A stretch of 64,000 bases of DNA, taken from the NCBI GenBank assembly GCA_965227775.1, contig OZ245777.1, positions 2,368,001 to 2,432,000 of the forward strand. The letters run 5' to 3'. Numbering within the stretch: position 1 is the stretch's first letter; every line of letters begins with the position of its first letter. Under the pieces are notes generated by a model that saw only the letters and a program-made list of their open reading frames with translations, searched no databases and had not been told where the DNA came from. The translations under genes were made by a program, and so were the position numbers. The DNA comes from Phycisphaerales bacterium. GTDB taxonomy: Bacteria; Planctomycetota; Phycisphaerae; Phycisphaerales; UBA1924. Positions 12,788 to 22,808 of this stretch are shown here, in pieces.

Positions 12788-13528
12788 ATGGAATTAGTGC
12801 GCGACGACATCGGTGCCTCCGTCCTCACGACCACGGGCTTGTTGCCATTGCGGTGGATCGTCTGCGTCGGCCGAAACTATGGTGAGCACGCGAAGGAAAT
12901 GGCCTCGGCTGCCGCAGCGACGAGTGCGAGCGGCAGCGCCGAGCACCCGACCGTGTTCGCCAAGAGCCCGGCCTCGGTCATCCTGCACGAGGACGAGATC
13001 GCGTTGCCGTCATGCTGCGTCGATGACTCGACCGGTGGCGAGCAGGTCGACTACGAGGGTGAGCTTGCGGTCATCATCGGCACGCCAGCGCGCGACGTGC
13101 CGGTGGGGGATGCGCTCGCTCACGTCCTGGGCTATTGCTGCGCAAACGACGTCTCTGCTCGCTGGTGGCAGAAGCACGGTGGCGGCGGCCAGTTCGTACG
13201 CGGCAAGAGCTTTGACACCTTCTGCCCGCTCGGACCGCGCATCACGCCCGCGCAGGGAATCGACCCGACCGTTCTCACGCTGACCACTCGCCTCAATGGC
13301 GAGGTCATGCAGCATGCCTCGACCAGCGACTTGATCTACAACGTTGCCGACGTCATCAGCCGACTGAGCCAAGGCGCGACGCTACCAGCGGGCACTGTCA
13401 TCCTGACGGGCACCCCCAGCGGTGTCGGAGCCGCCCGTACGCCTCCGAGGTATCTGAGGCCGGGCGACATCGTCGAGATCGAGATCGAAGGGCTTGGCGT
13501 GCTGCGCAATGCGGTTGTGGCTGAGTAA
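12788..13528 (+). CDS. Fumarylacetoacetate hydrolase family protein
   Basis: IVCVGRNYGEHAKE, VDYEGELAVIIG, ANDVSAR, GKSFDTFCPLGP, ILTGTPSGVG. Confidence 0.95.
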   Translation: MELVRDDIGASVLTTTGLLPLRWIVCVGRNYGEHAKEMASAAAATSASGSAEHPTVFAKSPASVILHEDEIALPSCCVDDSTGGEQVDYEGELAVIIGTPARDVPVGDALAHVLGYCCANDVSARWWQKHGGGGQFVRGKSFDTFCPLGPRITPAQGIDPTVLTLTTRLNGEVMQHASTSDLIYNVADVISRLSQGATLPAGTVILTGTPSGVGAARTPPRYLRPGDIVEIEIEGLGVLRNAVVAE

Positions 13529-13633
13529 GGCCGACAAACAGGTGCGCTAGGGCGCTGCGAGGCGTTCAGCGTCGACGTCGGCCACGCATGTTCTCTAACT
13601 GCCAACGGGTTTCTCGGTCGCTGGATTTCCTCC

Positions 13634-14974
13634 CTAGCAACCAGCATCGAACTCGTTCTGGAAGGCAAGGAAGTCGAAGATCGTGAATTCTCCGTCGCCG
13701 TCGAAGTCGGCGATCGGGTCGGCGGCGTCGAAGGCGTTCTGGAACACTAGGAAATCGAAGATCGTCAGCTCACCGTCTCCGTCAAGGTCGGCTGGGCAAT
13801 CGTCGCCGATTGCGTCCCACAAGTCGAGATCGGTGGCATCGATCACGCAGTCATCGTTGAGATCGGCGTCGGGGTTGAAGCCCGGGTCTGGACATGTCAT
13901 TCCCTGGGCCGCATCGATCACGTCGCGGTCCTCCATGGTCACCTCCCCGTCCCCGTTCGCATCGCCAAAGGTCGCCGTTAGTGCCTCGCCACGCTCGGGG
14001 TATGAGAATCCTTCGGCCTCGCTGGTGACTGATACGTGATCGGGCAGAGGCGTGCCACCGGGGCCTGTCACACCCGCGAATCCCACGCCGCGGCCAAAGG
14101 TTGCTGCCGCAGTGGCGGATCCCGTGACCGCACAGAAGAACCCACCGCACTTGGCGCTGACTTCGACCTCGGCCTCGCCGTTGACGTTGAGTGGCACGCG
14201 TGTCTCTCCGGCGGGCACGTCCATCGAAATGGTGACAACCGAGTTGATGTTGTCTTGCTCCGGGATAACACTGACGCTCTCGACCATGATCTCACGTGAG
14301 GGAAACGACATGCCGCCGGCCGAGCCGCTCAGCGACATGCGTGCCCGTCCGTAGGTTTCATCGGCTGCGCCGAACGACTCGGCACCCAGGATGCTCCCGT
14401 TGATGAAGGCCGAGAACTCGATGGTCGTGGGTTCGGCAGCGGTGATAACGATGGTGTCCGACCACGAGATCGTGCTCTTGGCTTTGCGAACAAAACGGGT
14501 GCCGGTGCCGAATGAAACGGTGTAGAGCGAGATCCCACCCGACATGGTCCCGTAGTCTTCGGTGATCGTGACGCCGCATGGCGTAGGGATGAGGCTTGGT
14601 GTCGGTAAGCCTCCGTCGGCGATGGCCGCTGCGCCGCCAGTCACCGTTCCGCCGTAGCTATAACCCACATTGAAGTCGAAGTCGTCGCCCACCTGCGCAG
14701 TAGCGGTAAATCCCAAGAAGTCCCACTCGAAGCACTGCGAGTAGGTTACTTCGGGAGGATCAAAATCGACAGGGGTCGTCGATCCGGCGCGGCCTTGCTC
14801 ACCTTCGACCGTGATCGTGACCTGGCCGAACGCGGCGCCGCAGGTCAGCAAAAGTGCCGCCGCGAGCACGCCTCGGACGGTTCGACGCTCTCCGAGCCCC
14901 GAATTGTTCCGGGTGGGCAGATTCGCCTTCGGGATCAGGCGTGCGGGATTCGAAGCGATCATGATGCTGGCCAT
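13634..14974 (-). CDS. Secreted protein: unrecognised beta-rich N-terminal domain, dockerin-like pair, C-terminal GC-type dockerin-like module
   Basis: AGGAG RBS; signal peptide ending CGAAFG-Q; C-terminus CPADLDGDGELTIFDF...ADFDGDGEFTIFDFLAFQNEFDAGC. Confidence 0.85.
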   Translation of the reverse strand: MASIMIASNPARLIPKANLPTRNNSGLGERRTVRGVLAAALLLTCGAAFGQVTITVEGEQGRAGSTTPVDFDPPEVTYSQCFEWDFLGFTATAQVGDDFDFNVGYSYGGTVTGGAAAIADGGLPTPSLIPTPCGVTITEDYGTMSGGISLYTVSFGTGTRFVRKAKSTISWSDTIVITAAEPTTIEFSAFINGSILGAESFGAADETYGRARMSLSGSAGGMSFPSREIMVESVSVIPEQDNINSVVTISMDVPAGETRVPLNVNGEAEVEVSAKCGGFFCAVTGSATAAATFGRGVGFAGVTGPGGTPLPDHVSVTSEAEGFSYPERGEALTATFGDANGDGEVTMEDRDVIDAAQGMTCPDPGFNPDADLNDDCVIDATDLDLWDAIGDDCPADLDGDGELTIFDFLVFQNAFDAADPIADFDGDGEFTIFDFLAFQNEFDAGC

Positions 14975-15140
14975 GTATTCTCTCCTGGTTGCTGTGGCTC
15001 GCTTTGAACTCGGTGTCGGCTGTCGTCGACCGGGCCACGAGATGAGTCATCAGTCAGAGAATAGCTGGGTGTTACTTGCTCGTCATCAAACACAAGTTTC
15101 GTCGAGATCGCATGAGACGAAGCAAGAACCTCACCTGGTG

Positions 15141-16139
15141 CTATGCGCAGCCGGCGTCGAAAGCGCTCTGGAAGGCGAGGAAGTCGAAGAGGGTGAGCGA
15201 GCCGTCGCCATCAAAGTCGGCGATGGGATTGCTGGTGTCGAAGAGGTTCTGGAACTCGAGGAAGTCGAAGACTGTCAGCGCGCCATCGCTGTCGAGGTCG
15301 GCCGGGCATCCAGGTGGTCCGCACTGGCTCAGAAGCACGCTGACGTCGTTGCCGGCCAGGTTCGCCGTGACTACGTCTGCGTCGCCGTCGGCGTCGAGAT
15401 CGGCGATGGCGACTGAGACGGGCCGGAAGCCGGCGCCATAGAGCACCTGCGGCGCGAACGAGCCATCACCGTTGTTCAGGAGCACGCCGACGTCGGCGAA
15501 CGTGACGCCGCTGTTGGCAATGGCCAGATCAGCATCGCCGTCGCCGTCGAGGTCGGCGAGTGCCACCGACGCGGGTGCGTCGTCCGCGGCGTAGCGCACC
15601 TCGGGCGCGTAGGAACCGTCCCCGTTGTTCAACAGTACAGTGACGTCGTCGCTGTTCGTGTTCGCGACGGCCAGGTCTGCGTCGCCATCGGCGTCGAGAT
15701 CGCCAATCGCTACGGCCGCCGTCCCGGCGCCTGCGTCGAACTTCGCATCCGGTCCAAATGTGCCGTCGCCGTTGTTGAGTAGAACGCTGACGCTGCCGTC
15801 GGCTTCGTTCGCGACGGCAAGATCATGGTTCCCGTCGCCATCGAGGTCGCTGATCGCGACCGACACCGGCGAGCTGCCCGTGCCGTATCGCACCTGGGGC
15901 GCGAAAGTCGCGTCGCCGCTATTGAGTAGCACGCCCAAGGTGGAGCCAAACCGGTTTGCGACGACGAGGTCGGCGTCGGCGTCACCATCCAAGTCGCCTA
16001 TAGCTACGGAGATCGGCAGGTCGCCCGCCTCGTAGGGCACGGGAGGCGAGAAGATCTCAAGAGGGTCGCAGGTTTGGGCGAGCGCTGGCAGAGACAGGCC
16101 GGAGGTCAGTGCGGCCACGACGAGGCGTTCTGTGGGCAT
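15141..16139 (-). CDS. FG-GAP/VCBS repeat protein with GC-type dockerin-like C-terminus
   Basis: AGGAG RBS; about 5 repeats of DLDGDGDADLAVAN...VSVLLNNGDG; C-terminal ...FQSAFDAGCA. Confidence 0.9.
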   Translation of the reverse strand: MPTERLVVAALTSGLSLPALAQTCDPLEIFSPPVPYEAGDLPISVAIGDLDGDADADLVVANRFGSTLGVLLNSGDATFAPQVRYGTGSSPVSVAISDLDGDGNHDLAVANEADGSVSVLLNNGDGTFGPDAKFDAGAGTAAVAIGDLDADGDADLAVANTNSDDVTVLLNNGDGSYAPEVRYAADDAPASVALADLDGDGDADLAIANSGVTFADVGVLLNNGDGSFAPQVLYGAGFRPVSVAIADLDADGDADVVTANLAGNDVSVLLSQCGPPGCPADLDSDGALTVFDFLEFQNLFDTSNPIADFDGDGSLTLFDFLAFQSAFDAGCA

Positions 16140-16242
16140 CTCGGGACTCCTCACTGCTGCCAGCATACCGGGCCTTGCCTGCGCACGCAAGAGCAATCCG
16201 GGCGGGCGCCCCGGTCGCGTGAGAAAGGGGGCGAGGTGCGCG

Positions 16243-18024
16243 CTACGGGCAGCCGGCGAGAAAGTCGTTCACGAACGCGAGGAAGTCGAAGACGTCCAGC
16301 GTGCTGTTGTCGTCGAAGTCGGCCTTCGCCTCGCCGCGGTCGAAGAACAGGTTGAAGGCCAGAAAATCGATGATCGTCAGCTCGCCGTCGCAGTCGAGGT
16401 CGGGCCGGCACGGCCTGGGCGAGCGTCCGAACACGACGTAGGTCTCGCCGTCCGCGATACCGCTGCCGAAGAAGGGGCGCGCATTGGGCGCGGAGATGAT
16501 GGCGTCGTCCACGCCATCGCCGTTGAGGTCGCCCACGGACCCCACGCCGGTGCCGCTGCGGTCGTCGGGGTCGAGCCCATCGAGGCGAACGCCGTTGCGA
16601 CCATCGAGGTCGGCAAGATGCAGCACGGCGGGGAACGGCGAATCCGCCGGCCGGCCGAACACGATCGACGTCTCGCCTGCCGATTGCTGGCGGATCGGGT
16701 CGGCCTGGGGTGCTCCGATTATGACATCGGGCAGCCCGTCGCCGTTGGTATCGCCCGCCGACGCGACGGACAAGCCGCTCGCGTCGCCCGCGTCGACTCC
16801 GAGGATCGCGAAGCCGTTCGTTCCATCGATGTCGTCGGTAGTCAGCCGAGCGGGGAAGGGGTTGCTCGCGTCCCGGCCGTAGAGGACGTAGGTGGAGTTG
16901 CGGCCGAGTGCGCCGATGATGGCGTCGTCGCGACCGTCGCCGTTGAGGTCTTTTGCGGCGGCGACGCTGCTTCCCAAAACATCCCGACGCTCGGTGCCGT
17001 CAAAGCGGAATCCATCGGTGCCGTCGAGTTCGGCGAGTAATAGGGAGGCCGGAAACGGTGAGCCCGCGGGACGCCCGTAGACAACGAAGCACGAGCCGGC
17101 GTCGTCCTGGCCGTCAGGCGACGAAGCGTTTGCGCCCATCAGAACATCATCGATGCCATCGCCGTTCAAGTCGCCAGCGCCTGAGACGGTCAAGCCCAGC
17201 CGGTCTTCGATCTCGGTCCCGATCAGCTTGAATCCGTTGGTGCCGTCGACGTCGCCCAGCGAGAAGCTCACGGGAAACGGATCATCGGCGGGCCGCCCGA
17301 AGATGACGTAGCACTCGCCCGGGCGATCTTGCCGGCCCGGCGATCCGATGATCACGTCGTCGATGCCGTCGCTGTTGAGATCACCGGCGCCGCCGACGTC
17401 GAGGCCGGCGTAGTCGTCGGTCTGTGGGCCGACCATCCTGAATCCCGTGCTCGCGTCGAGGGTGGCCAGGAACAAGATGTCCGGGAATGGAGGATCGCTC
17501 GCGTGGCGTCCAAAGATGACGTACGCGGCGCCCGCGCCCACGCGACCATCAATCCTGGCGCCCGGATTCCCGAGGATGATGTCCTCGAGACCATCGCCGT
17601 TAACGTCGCCCGCCCGCGCGACGCTGAAGCCCGCTGGTGAGCCGAGTCCTGGCTCTGCACGGATCTGGATGCCGATTGGCAGTGGCGTCCGGCCGAGCTC
17701 GATGAACGCTGGGAACGGGTCGTCCGGCCCCCGGCCAAACACGATGAAGACGATCGACTCGTCCGCGATGATCGCGTCGTCGAACCCGTCGCCATTGATG
17801 TCGACGCCTCCGCCTACGGCTCCGATTCGCATGCTTTCTGCGCCCGCGAAGCGAATGCCGATCTGCCCGTCGAGGGTCGTGAGATCGATGGCCGCGGGGA
17901 ATGGCTCGGATAGCGGATCGCACTGGGCCAGTGCCGGGAGGACGGGTGTGATGAGCGCGAAGATGCCAGCGGCGAGAACCGCCGGGCCACGGCATCGGGC
18001 GTGTGCAGAGCGCAGCGTCAACAA
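16243..18024 (-). CDS. Integrin-alpha-type FG-GAP beta-propeller protein with GC-type dockerin-like C-terminus
   Basis: Seven GD(I/L/V/T)N(G/S)DG.DD.IIG-like loops with Y.(V/I)FGR; signal peptide ending ALA-QC; TTG start after GGAG inferred; C-terminal FVNDFLAGCP. Confidence 0.85.
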   Translation of the reverse strand: MLTLRSAHARCRGPAVLAAGIFALITPVLPALAQCDPLSEPFPAAIDLTTLDGQIGIRFAGAESMRIGAVGGGVDINGDGFDDAIIADESIVFIVFGRGPDDPFPAFIELGRTPLPIGIQIRAEPGLGSPAGFSVARAGDVNGDGLEDIILGNPGARIDGRVGAGAAYVIFGRHASDPPFPDILFLATLDASTGFRMVGPQTDDYAGLDVGGAGDLNSDGIDDVIIGSPGRQDRPGECYVIFGRPADDPFPVSFSLGDVDGTNGFKLIGTEIEDRLGLTVSGAGDLNGDGIDDVLMGANASSPDGQDDAGSCFVVYGRPAGSPFPASLLLAELDGTDGFRFDGTERRDVLGSSVAAAKDLNGDGRDDAIIGALGRNSTYVLYGRDASNPFPARLTTDDIDGTNGFAILGVDAGDASGLSVASAGDTNGDGLPDVIIGAPQADPIRQQSAGETSIVFGRPADSPFPAVLHLADLDGRNGVRLDGLDPDDRSGTGVGSVGDLNGDGVDDAIISAPNARPFFGSGIADGETYVVFGRSPRPCRPDLDCDGELTIIDFLAFNLFFDRGEAKADFDDNSTLDVFDFLAFVNDFLAGCP

Positions 18025-18144
18025 GAGTGGCTCCCCTCTCCCCGGACACTCAGCACTTAGGAGTCGGTGCCCGGCAACGAGTGCAAACCGGTTCGCCCGC
18101 TGTGCGGTTACGGTTTCCGATCTCGTAATGCCCCGCATGCTCCC

Positions 18145-18150
18145 TACCCT
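18145..18150 (+). promoter_or_regulatory. -10 box (TACCCT) 6 nt before pheS ATG; likely leaderless promoter
   Basis: TAnnnT immediately upstream of an SD-less start; same arrangement at seven other genes. Confidence 0.6.
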
Positions 18151-18156
18151 CGCCCC

Positions 18157-19230
18157 ATGACCACGCCGCCCGATACCGCGACGGACTTCCTGGCGACCCT
18201 GGATGCCCTGCAGGCCGATGGCTTGGCCAAGCTCGATTCCGTTGGCGATGCCGCCGCCCTGGAGGCCTGGCGCGTGGCGTTCCTGGGATCCAAGGGCCGG
18301 CTCAAGGCCGCCATGTCGGGAATGAAGGACGTGCCCAAGGAGGGCAAGCCGGCGGCGGGGCAGAAGGCCAACGCCGTGAAGACGGCGCTCGAGGGTGCGT
18401 TCGAGGGCAAGAAGGGGTTGCTGGCTGGAGTTGGGGGTACCGATGGGAGCGGCGGTGGGGCGAGCGTAGATCTCACCGAGCCGGGGCTGCATACGGCGAG
18501 CGCCCTCGGGCGACGGCACATCCTGATGCAGGTCCGGGCCGAGCTGGTTGAGGTGTGTGCCCGCCTGGGCTTCGCTGTCGCCAGCGGGCCCGAGCTCGAG
18601 GACGACGAGCACAACTTCGTGAAGCTCAACATCCCGGCGGACCACCCGGCCCGCGACCCGATCGACAACTTCTACGTCGACGATCCGGCCAAGAGCGAGC
18701 GGCCGCGCATGCTGCGTAGCCAGACCTCGACCGTGCAGATCCGCACAATGGAGCGGGCGGTGAAGGAAGGCTGGGGCCCGCCGCTCAAGGTGATCAGCCC
18801 CGGACGCGTGTACCGGCCCGACACTGTCGACGCGACGCACTCGTTCATGTTCCACCAGCTCGAAGGCCTGTACATCGATGAGGGCGTGTCGATGGTCGAT
18901 CTCAAGACGACGCTGCTCCAGTTCGCCGAGGCGTATTTCGGCAAGGGCGCGCAGATCCGCCTGCGGCCCAGCTTCTTCCCCTTCACCGAGCCGAGCGCCG
19001 AATTCGACATGATGATTGCGTTGCGGCCCGGCGACGAGCCTAAGTGGATCGAGCTTGGCGGATGCGGCATGGTCGACCCGAATGTGCTTGAGGCCTGCGG
19101 CATTGACTCCGAGCGATGGAGCGGCTTCGCCTGGGGCTTCGGTATCGAGCGCCTGGCGATGGGCAAGTACGGCATCCCGGACATCCGCATGCTCTTCGAG
19201 AACGATCTTCGCTTCTTGAAGCAGTTCTAA
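18157..19230 (+). CDS. pheS: Phenylalanine--tRNA ligase alpha subunit
   Basis: NF.KLNIPADHPARD, LRSQTSTVQIR, PGRVYR, HSFMFHQLEG, RPSFFPFTEPSAE, ELGGCGMV, GFAWGFGIERLAM. Confidence 0.98.
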   Translation: MTTPPDTATDFLATLDALQADGLAKLDSVGDAAALEAWRVAFLGSKGRLKAAMSGMKDVPKEGKPAAGQKANAVKTALEGAFEGKKGLLAGVGGTDGSGGGASVDLTEPGLHTASALGRRHILMQVRAELVEVCARLGFAVASGPELEDDEHNFVKLNIPADHPARDPIDNFYVDDPAKSERPRMLRSQTSTVQIRTMERAVKEGWGPPLKVISPGRVYRPDTVDATHSFMFHQLEGLYIDEGVSMVDLKTTLLQFAEAYFGKGAQIRLRPSFFPFTEPSAEFDMMIALRPGDEPKWIELGGCGMVDPNVLEACGIDSERWSGFAWGFGIERLAMGKYGIPDIRMLFENDLRFLKQF

Positions 19231-19766
19231 TGGCGGCGGGGGGCGATGGCATCGAGGTGCGTCGGCTGACGCCGACGGATACCGAGGCGTATGTCACCAC
19301 CCGACAGCGGATGCTGCGCGAGGAGCCGTGGTCGTTCGGCTCCAGCCCCTCCGACGATCTGGATCGCGAATGGCAGCGGGCCCGCGACATGCTGGGCGAT
19401 GAGGACTGGGCCTGCATCGCGGCGATGTCCGGCGACGCCATCGTCGCAACGGCCCGGCTCTTTCGAACGACCCGACCGAAGCAGGCCCACGCGGCCTCGA
19501 TCGTGAGCGTGTGGACGGATCCGGCCTATCGCGGTCGCGGGCTGGGCAGGCGCGTCCTGCTGGCGGCAATCGATACTGCGCGAGGCTGGCCCGGCATCGA
19601 TCTGATCGAGTTGAGCGTCAGCGAACGCAGCGAGCCGGCTCTGAAGCTGTACGAGTCTCTGGGCTTCAAGCGCTGGGGCGTCCAGCCCGACGCCATGCGC
19701 GTGGGCGGCGAGTCGGCGGCCGAGCACTACATGCAGCTGGCGATGGCGGACGTCATCCGCTCGTGA
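19230..19766 (+). CDS. GNAT family N-acetyltransferase
   Basis: VWTDPAYRGRGLG acetyl-CoA motif; ALKLYESLGF; TAATG overlap with pheS stop. Confidence 0.92.
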   Translation: MAAGGDGIEVRRLTPTDTEAYVTTRQRMLREEPWSFGSSPSDDLDREWQRARDMLGDEDWACIAAMSGDAIVATARLFRTTRPKQAHAASIVSVWTDPAYRGRGLGRRVLLAAIDTARGWPGIDLIELSVSERSEPALKLYESLGFKRWGVQPDAMRVGGESAAEHYMQLAMADVIRS

Positions 19767-19857
19767 TCACGAACGTCAAGATGTCGTGAAGACCGGCTCG
19801 CTCGGCGATCCAGTTCCACGCGTTCGCTACGCTGGGCAAGGACTCGAAGGAGCAACC

Positions 19858-20799
19858 ATGCGCATGCAGACACCCGCACGAGTCGTGCTTTTTGCGGTCT
19901 TGTTTGGCGGTCTCTTGATGGCCCTCGGTGTGTATCAGCCGACGAAGGACGACGAAACCCTCGTTCTCGCCCACCGCGGCGCCTCGGGCCACCTTCCCGA
20001 GCACACGCTCGCTGCCTACACGCTCGCGTGGTCGATGGGGGCCGACTACTTGGAGCCCGACGTCGTGTTGACGAAGGACGGCGTGGCGATTTGTGCCCAC
20101 GACGTCAACATGGAGCGGGTGACGGACGTCGCCGAACGGTTTCCGGATCGGGCCCGTGAGGACGGCAAGTGGTACTGGATCGACTTCACGCTCGACGAGG
20201 TGCGCACGCTGCGCGTCACGTATGCCGGCGCGGGCGCGCAAGTCGGGGGCGCGGTGCCGACGTTCGAGGAGTTCCTGCGGCTGGTCGATCGGCTGAACGC
20301 TATCGGCGGCAAGGACGGGCGGGCGTCGGTGGGCGTGATCCCCGAGCCCAAGCGGCCAGGGTTCCACCACGCAGCCGGTCACAACGTGGAGATGCGGGTG
20401 TGGACCACGCTGGTCGCGCGCGGCTACGCGACCGAGGACGACCTGGCGATCATCCAGTGCTTCGACCTCGGCGCGCTCGAAGCGCTCGAACAAGCCGGCT
20501 GCGAGATTCGCCTCGTCTGGCTGATAGGCGAAGCACCGACTGACGCGGATCTCCAGCGAGCCGCGTTGTTCTGCCACGGACTTGGCCCGAATCGCAAGCT
20601 GCTGGAAGACGAGGCAACGGGCGAGCCGCTAACGCTGCTGGCGAGGGCGCGTGAAATGGGCCTGGCTCTCTACCCATACACGTTCAAGGACGAGCCCGAG
20701 GCGACTTCGCGGTTCTTCCACGAGCACGGGGTCGACGGGTTGTTCACCGACTTCCCGGGCGTGGGCCGGCGGGCCGCCGATGGCGGGGGACCCCCCTAA
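19858..20799 (+). CDS. Glycerophosphodiester phosphodiesterase
   Basis: LAHRGASGHLPEHT, ADYLEPDVVLTKDG, HD, GVDGLFTDFP; AAGGAG RBS. Confidence 0.93.
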   Translation: MRMQTPARVVLFAVLFGGLLMALGVYQPTKDDETLVLAHRGASGHLPEHTLAAYTLAWSMGADYLEPDVVLTKDGVAICAHDVNMERVTDVAERFPDRAREDGKWYWIDFTLDEVRTLRVTYAGAGAQVGGAVPTFEEFLRLVDRLNAIGGKDGRASVGVIPEPKRPGFHHAAGHNVEMRVWTTLVARGYATEDDLAIIQCFDLGALEALEQAGCEIRLVWLIGEAPTDADLQRAALFCHGLGPNRKLLEDEATGEPLTLLARAREMGLALYPYTFKDEPEATSRFFHEHGVDGLFTDFPGVGRRAADGGGPP

Positions 20800-20827
20800 A
20801 CTGACCCAGCCAGCAGCGGAGGGTCCG

Positions 20828-21415
20828 ATGGAAGAGCAGCACGACAAGCCCGAGGCCGACGCGCCGAAGACCGATGCGCCCAAGTCCGACACCCGCGAGC
20901 GCGTCGATCGCGCTGCGGCCGCCGGCCTGCCTAGCGAGTTCGGACCCGAGGTCCGCGTGCTGAAGCTTCGGCCGGCGATGTTCCGGGCACGACCGTTTTC
21001 GTTCATCGGGCTGGTGCTGGTCATGACGGCGGCGGGCGTGCTGGCGCTCTACGCCGCCGTACGCAAGGAGCCGCTGTGGCCGGGCGACACGTTCTGGCTC
21101 ATCATCTGCTTGCTGGTCTTCGTGGCCGCTGCCATCACCATGTTCGTGTGGTACCTGCTCAAGCTCAGCGCCGCGCTCGAGATCACCACCAAGCGCACGA
21201 CCGAGAGCCACGGCCTGTTCAGCCGGGCGACGAGCGAGGTCCTGCACGACAACATCCGCAACATCGCCGTGAAGCAGAGCTTCATTGACCGCGTCTTCAA
21301 CGTCGGAAAGCTCGAGATTTCCAGCTCCGGCCAGTCCGGCGTCGAGATCACGATGAAGGACGTCAAGGACCCGCACGGCGTGCGGGAGAAGATCGACAAG
21401 TATCGCGAGTTGTAA
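20828..21415 (+). CDS. Membrane protein with bacterial PH (bPH_2) domain
   Basis: Two TM helices then ITTKR...GLFSR...I.NI.VKQSFIDRVFNVGKLEISSSG; GGAGG RBS. Confidence 0.8.
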   Translation: MEEQHDKPEADAPKTDAPKSDTRERVDRAAAAGLPSEFGPEVRVLKLRPAMFRARPFSFIGLVLVMTAAGVLALYAAVRKEPLWPGDTFWLIICLLVFVAAAITMFVWYLLKLSAALEITTKRTTESHGLFSRATSEVLHDNIRNIAVKQSFIDRVFNVGKLEISSSGQSGVEITMKDVKDPHGVREKIDKYREL

Positions 21416-21542
21416 ATTGTGTTTTGCTTGAGTCGCCCCGCGACTCGTGCGGGCGTTCGGGCGAAAGGAAAACTGCCATTGCGCATCGTCGGGCTTCGGG
21501 TATGCTGCCTCTCAGGGGATGGCAGCCCCGGAGGAGGCCCAG

Positions 21543-22808
21543 ATGATCCGCACGTTCCGAATGCTTGTGATCAGCTCGCTTGCCGCGATGCTGTGCTGCG
21601 CCCCGGCGGCCATCGCCCAAGAGGCCAAGCCCATTGCGGTGGGGGACTCCGCCCCGCCGATCGGCGTCGAGGCCTGGAGCCAGCTGCCGGAGGGTATTGA
21701 CCGGTATGACTGGGAGTCCCTTAAGGGGACGACGGTTGTCATCGAATTCTGGGCCACGTGGTGCGGGCCGTGCATTGCCGCCATCCCACACATGAATGAC
21801 CTCGCCGAGAAGTTCGAGGGCGAGGTCGTCTTCATCTCGGTGACCGACGAGCCCGAGGAGAAGACGCTGGCACTCCGCGAAAAGCGGCCGATGAAGAGCG
21901 TGCTTGGGTTCGACACCGACAAGTCGATGCACAAGGCCTACGGCGTGCGTGGCATTCCCGCGACGTTCGTTGTCGACAAGGAAGGCAAGATCGCATCGAT
22001 CACGCACCCGAACCGACTGACTGCCGAGAAGCTGCGCGGCCATGTGAATGGCAAGCACGACGAGCCCGATGGGCCGGCCGAGGCATGGAGCGTTGGTGCG
22101 ATCTCATCCGGCGTCGATCCGTTCGATCGGGCGTTCAACGTCCCTATCGGACAATTGATTTTTCGTGAAGCCGTGGGTGTGGGCATGATGCGTTCGGGCA
22201 AGGGCCCAACCAATGTCACCAGCGTCGACTCGAGCCCGCTCGAACTCATTACCTACGTCTTCAAAGTCCAGCCCTGGCAGGTGACGATGCCCGAGGGCTA
22301 CGTCGACGATGAGGCCCAGCACTACGATCTCATCGTTCGCTTGCCCCAGGCGACCTTCGGTGATCAACGTGCGACGATTCGCAGCGTGGTGCTCTCTGGC
22401 ATGGGCATGGACGCCACGGTCGAGGACCGGAACGTCCGGGGATTCAAGCTGCGTGCTGCCGAGGGTGGAATCAAGATGCAGGAGGCCGACCCCATCGAGC
22501 CGGGTGGCTACAGCAGCTCGAGCTTCACGTTTACTTCGGCGGCGGCGAACATGCACTCCTTCGCTTGGTGGCTGCAGGGCGTGCTTGGTGCTCCGCTCGA
22601 TGCCGACCTTGACCTCGAAGCACGGTACGCCGTCGACTTCGGCGTACACGCCGCATTCGACTCGACGGACGCCAACGACCTGGAGCTGATGCAGCGGAAG
22701 CTCCGCGACGAACTCGGGTTGGCTCTCGAGCCGAAGGAGAACGTGGTGCCAATGGTCACCGTGTCGATGGGGGCCAAGGCCGACGAACCTGGAGCGCAAC
22801 AGAACTAG
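21543..22808 (+). CDS. Secreted TlpA-like redoxin with C-terminal TIGR03435-like domain
   Basis: Signal peptide; VVIEFWATWCGPC; YGVRGIPATFVVD; C-terminal ...ELGLALEPKENVVPMVTV; GGAGGAGG RBS. Confidence 0.8.
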   Translation: MIRTFRMLVISSLAAMLCCAPAAIAQEAKPIAVGDSAPPIGVEAWSQLPEGIDRYDWESLKGTTVVIEFWATWCGPCIAAIPHMNDLAEKFEGEVVFISVTDEPEEKTLALREKRPMKSVLGFDTDKSMHKAYGVRGIPATFVVDKEGKIASITHPNRLTAEKLRGHVNGKHDEPDGPAEAWSVGAISSGVDPFDRAFNVPIGQLIFREAVGVGMMRSGKGPTNVTSVDSSPLELITYVFKVQPWQVTMPEGYVDDEAQHYDLIVRLPQATFGDQRATIRSVVLSGMGMDATVEDRNVRGFKLRAAEGGIKMQEADPIEPGGYSSSSFTFTSAAANMHSFAWWLQGVLGAPLDADLDLEARYAVDFGVHAAFDSTDANDLELMQRKLRDELGLALEPKENVVPMVTVSMGAKADEPGAQQN

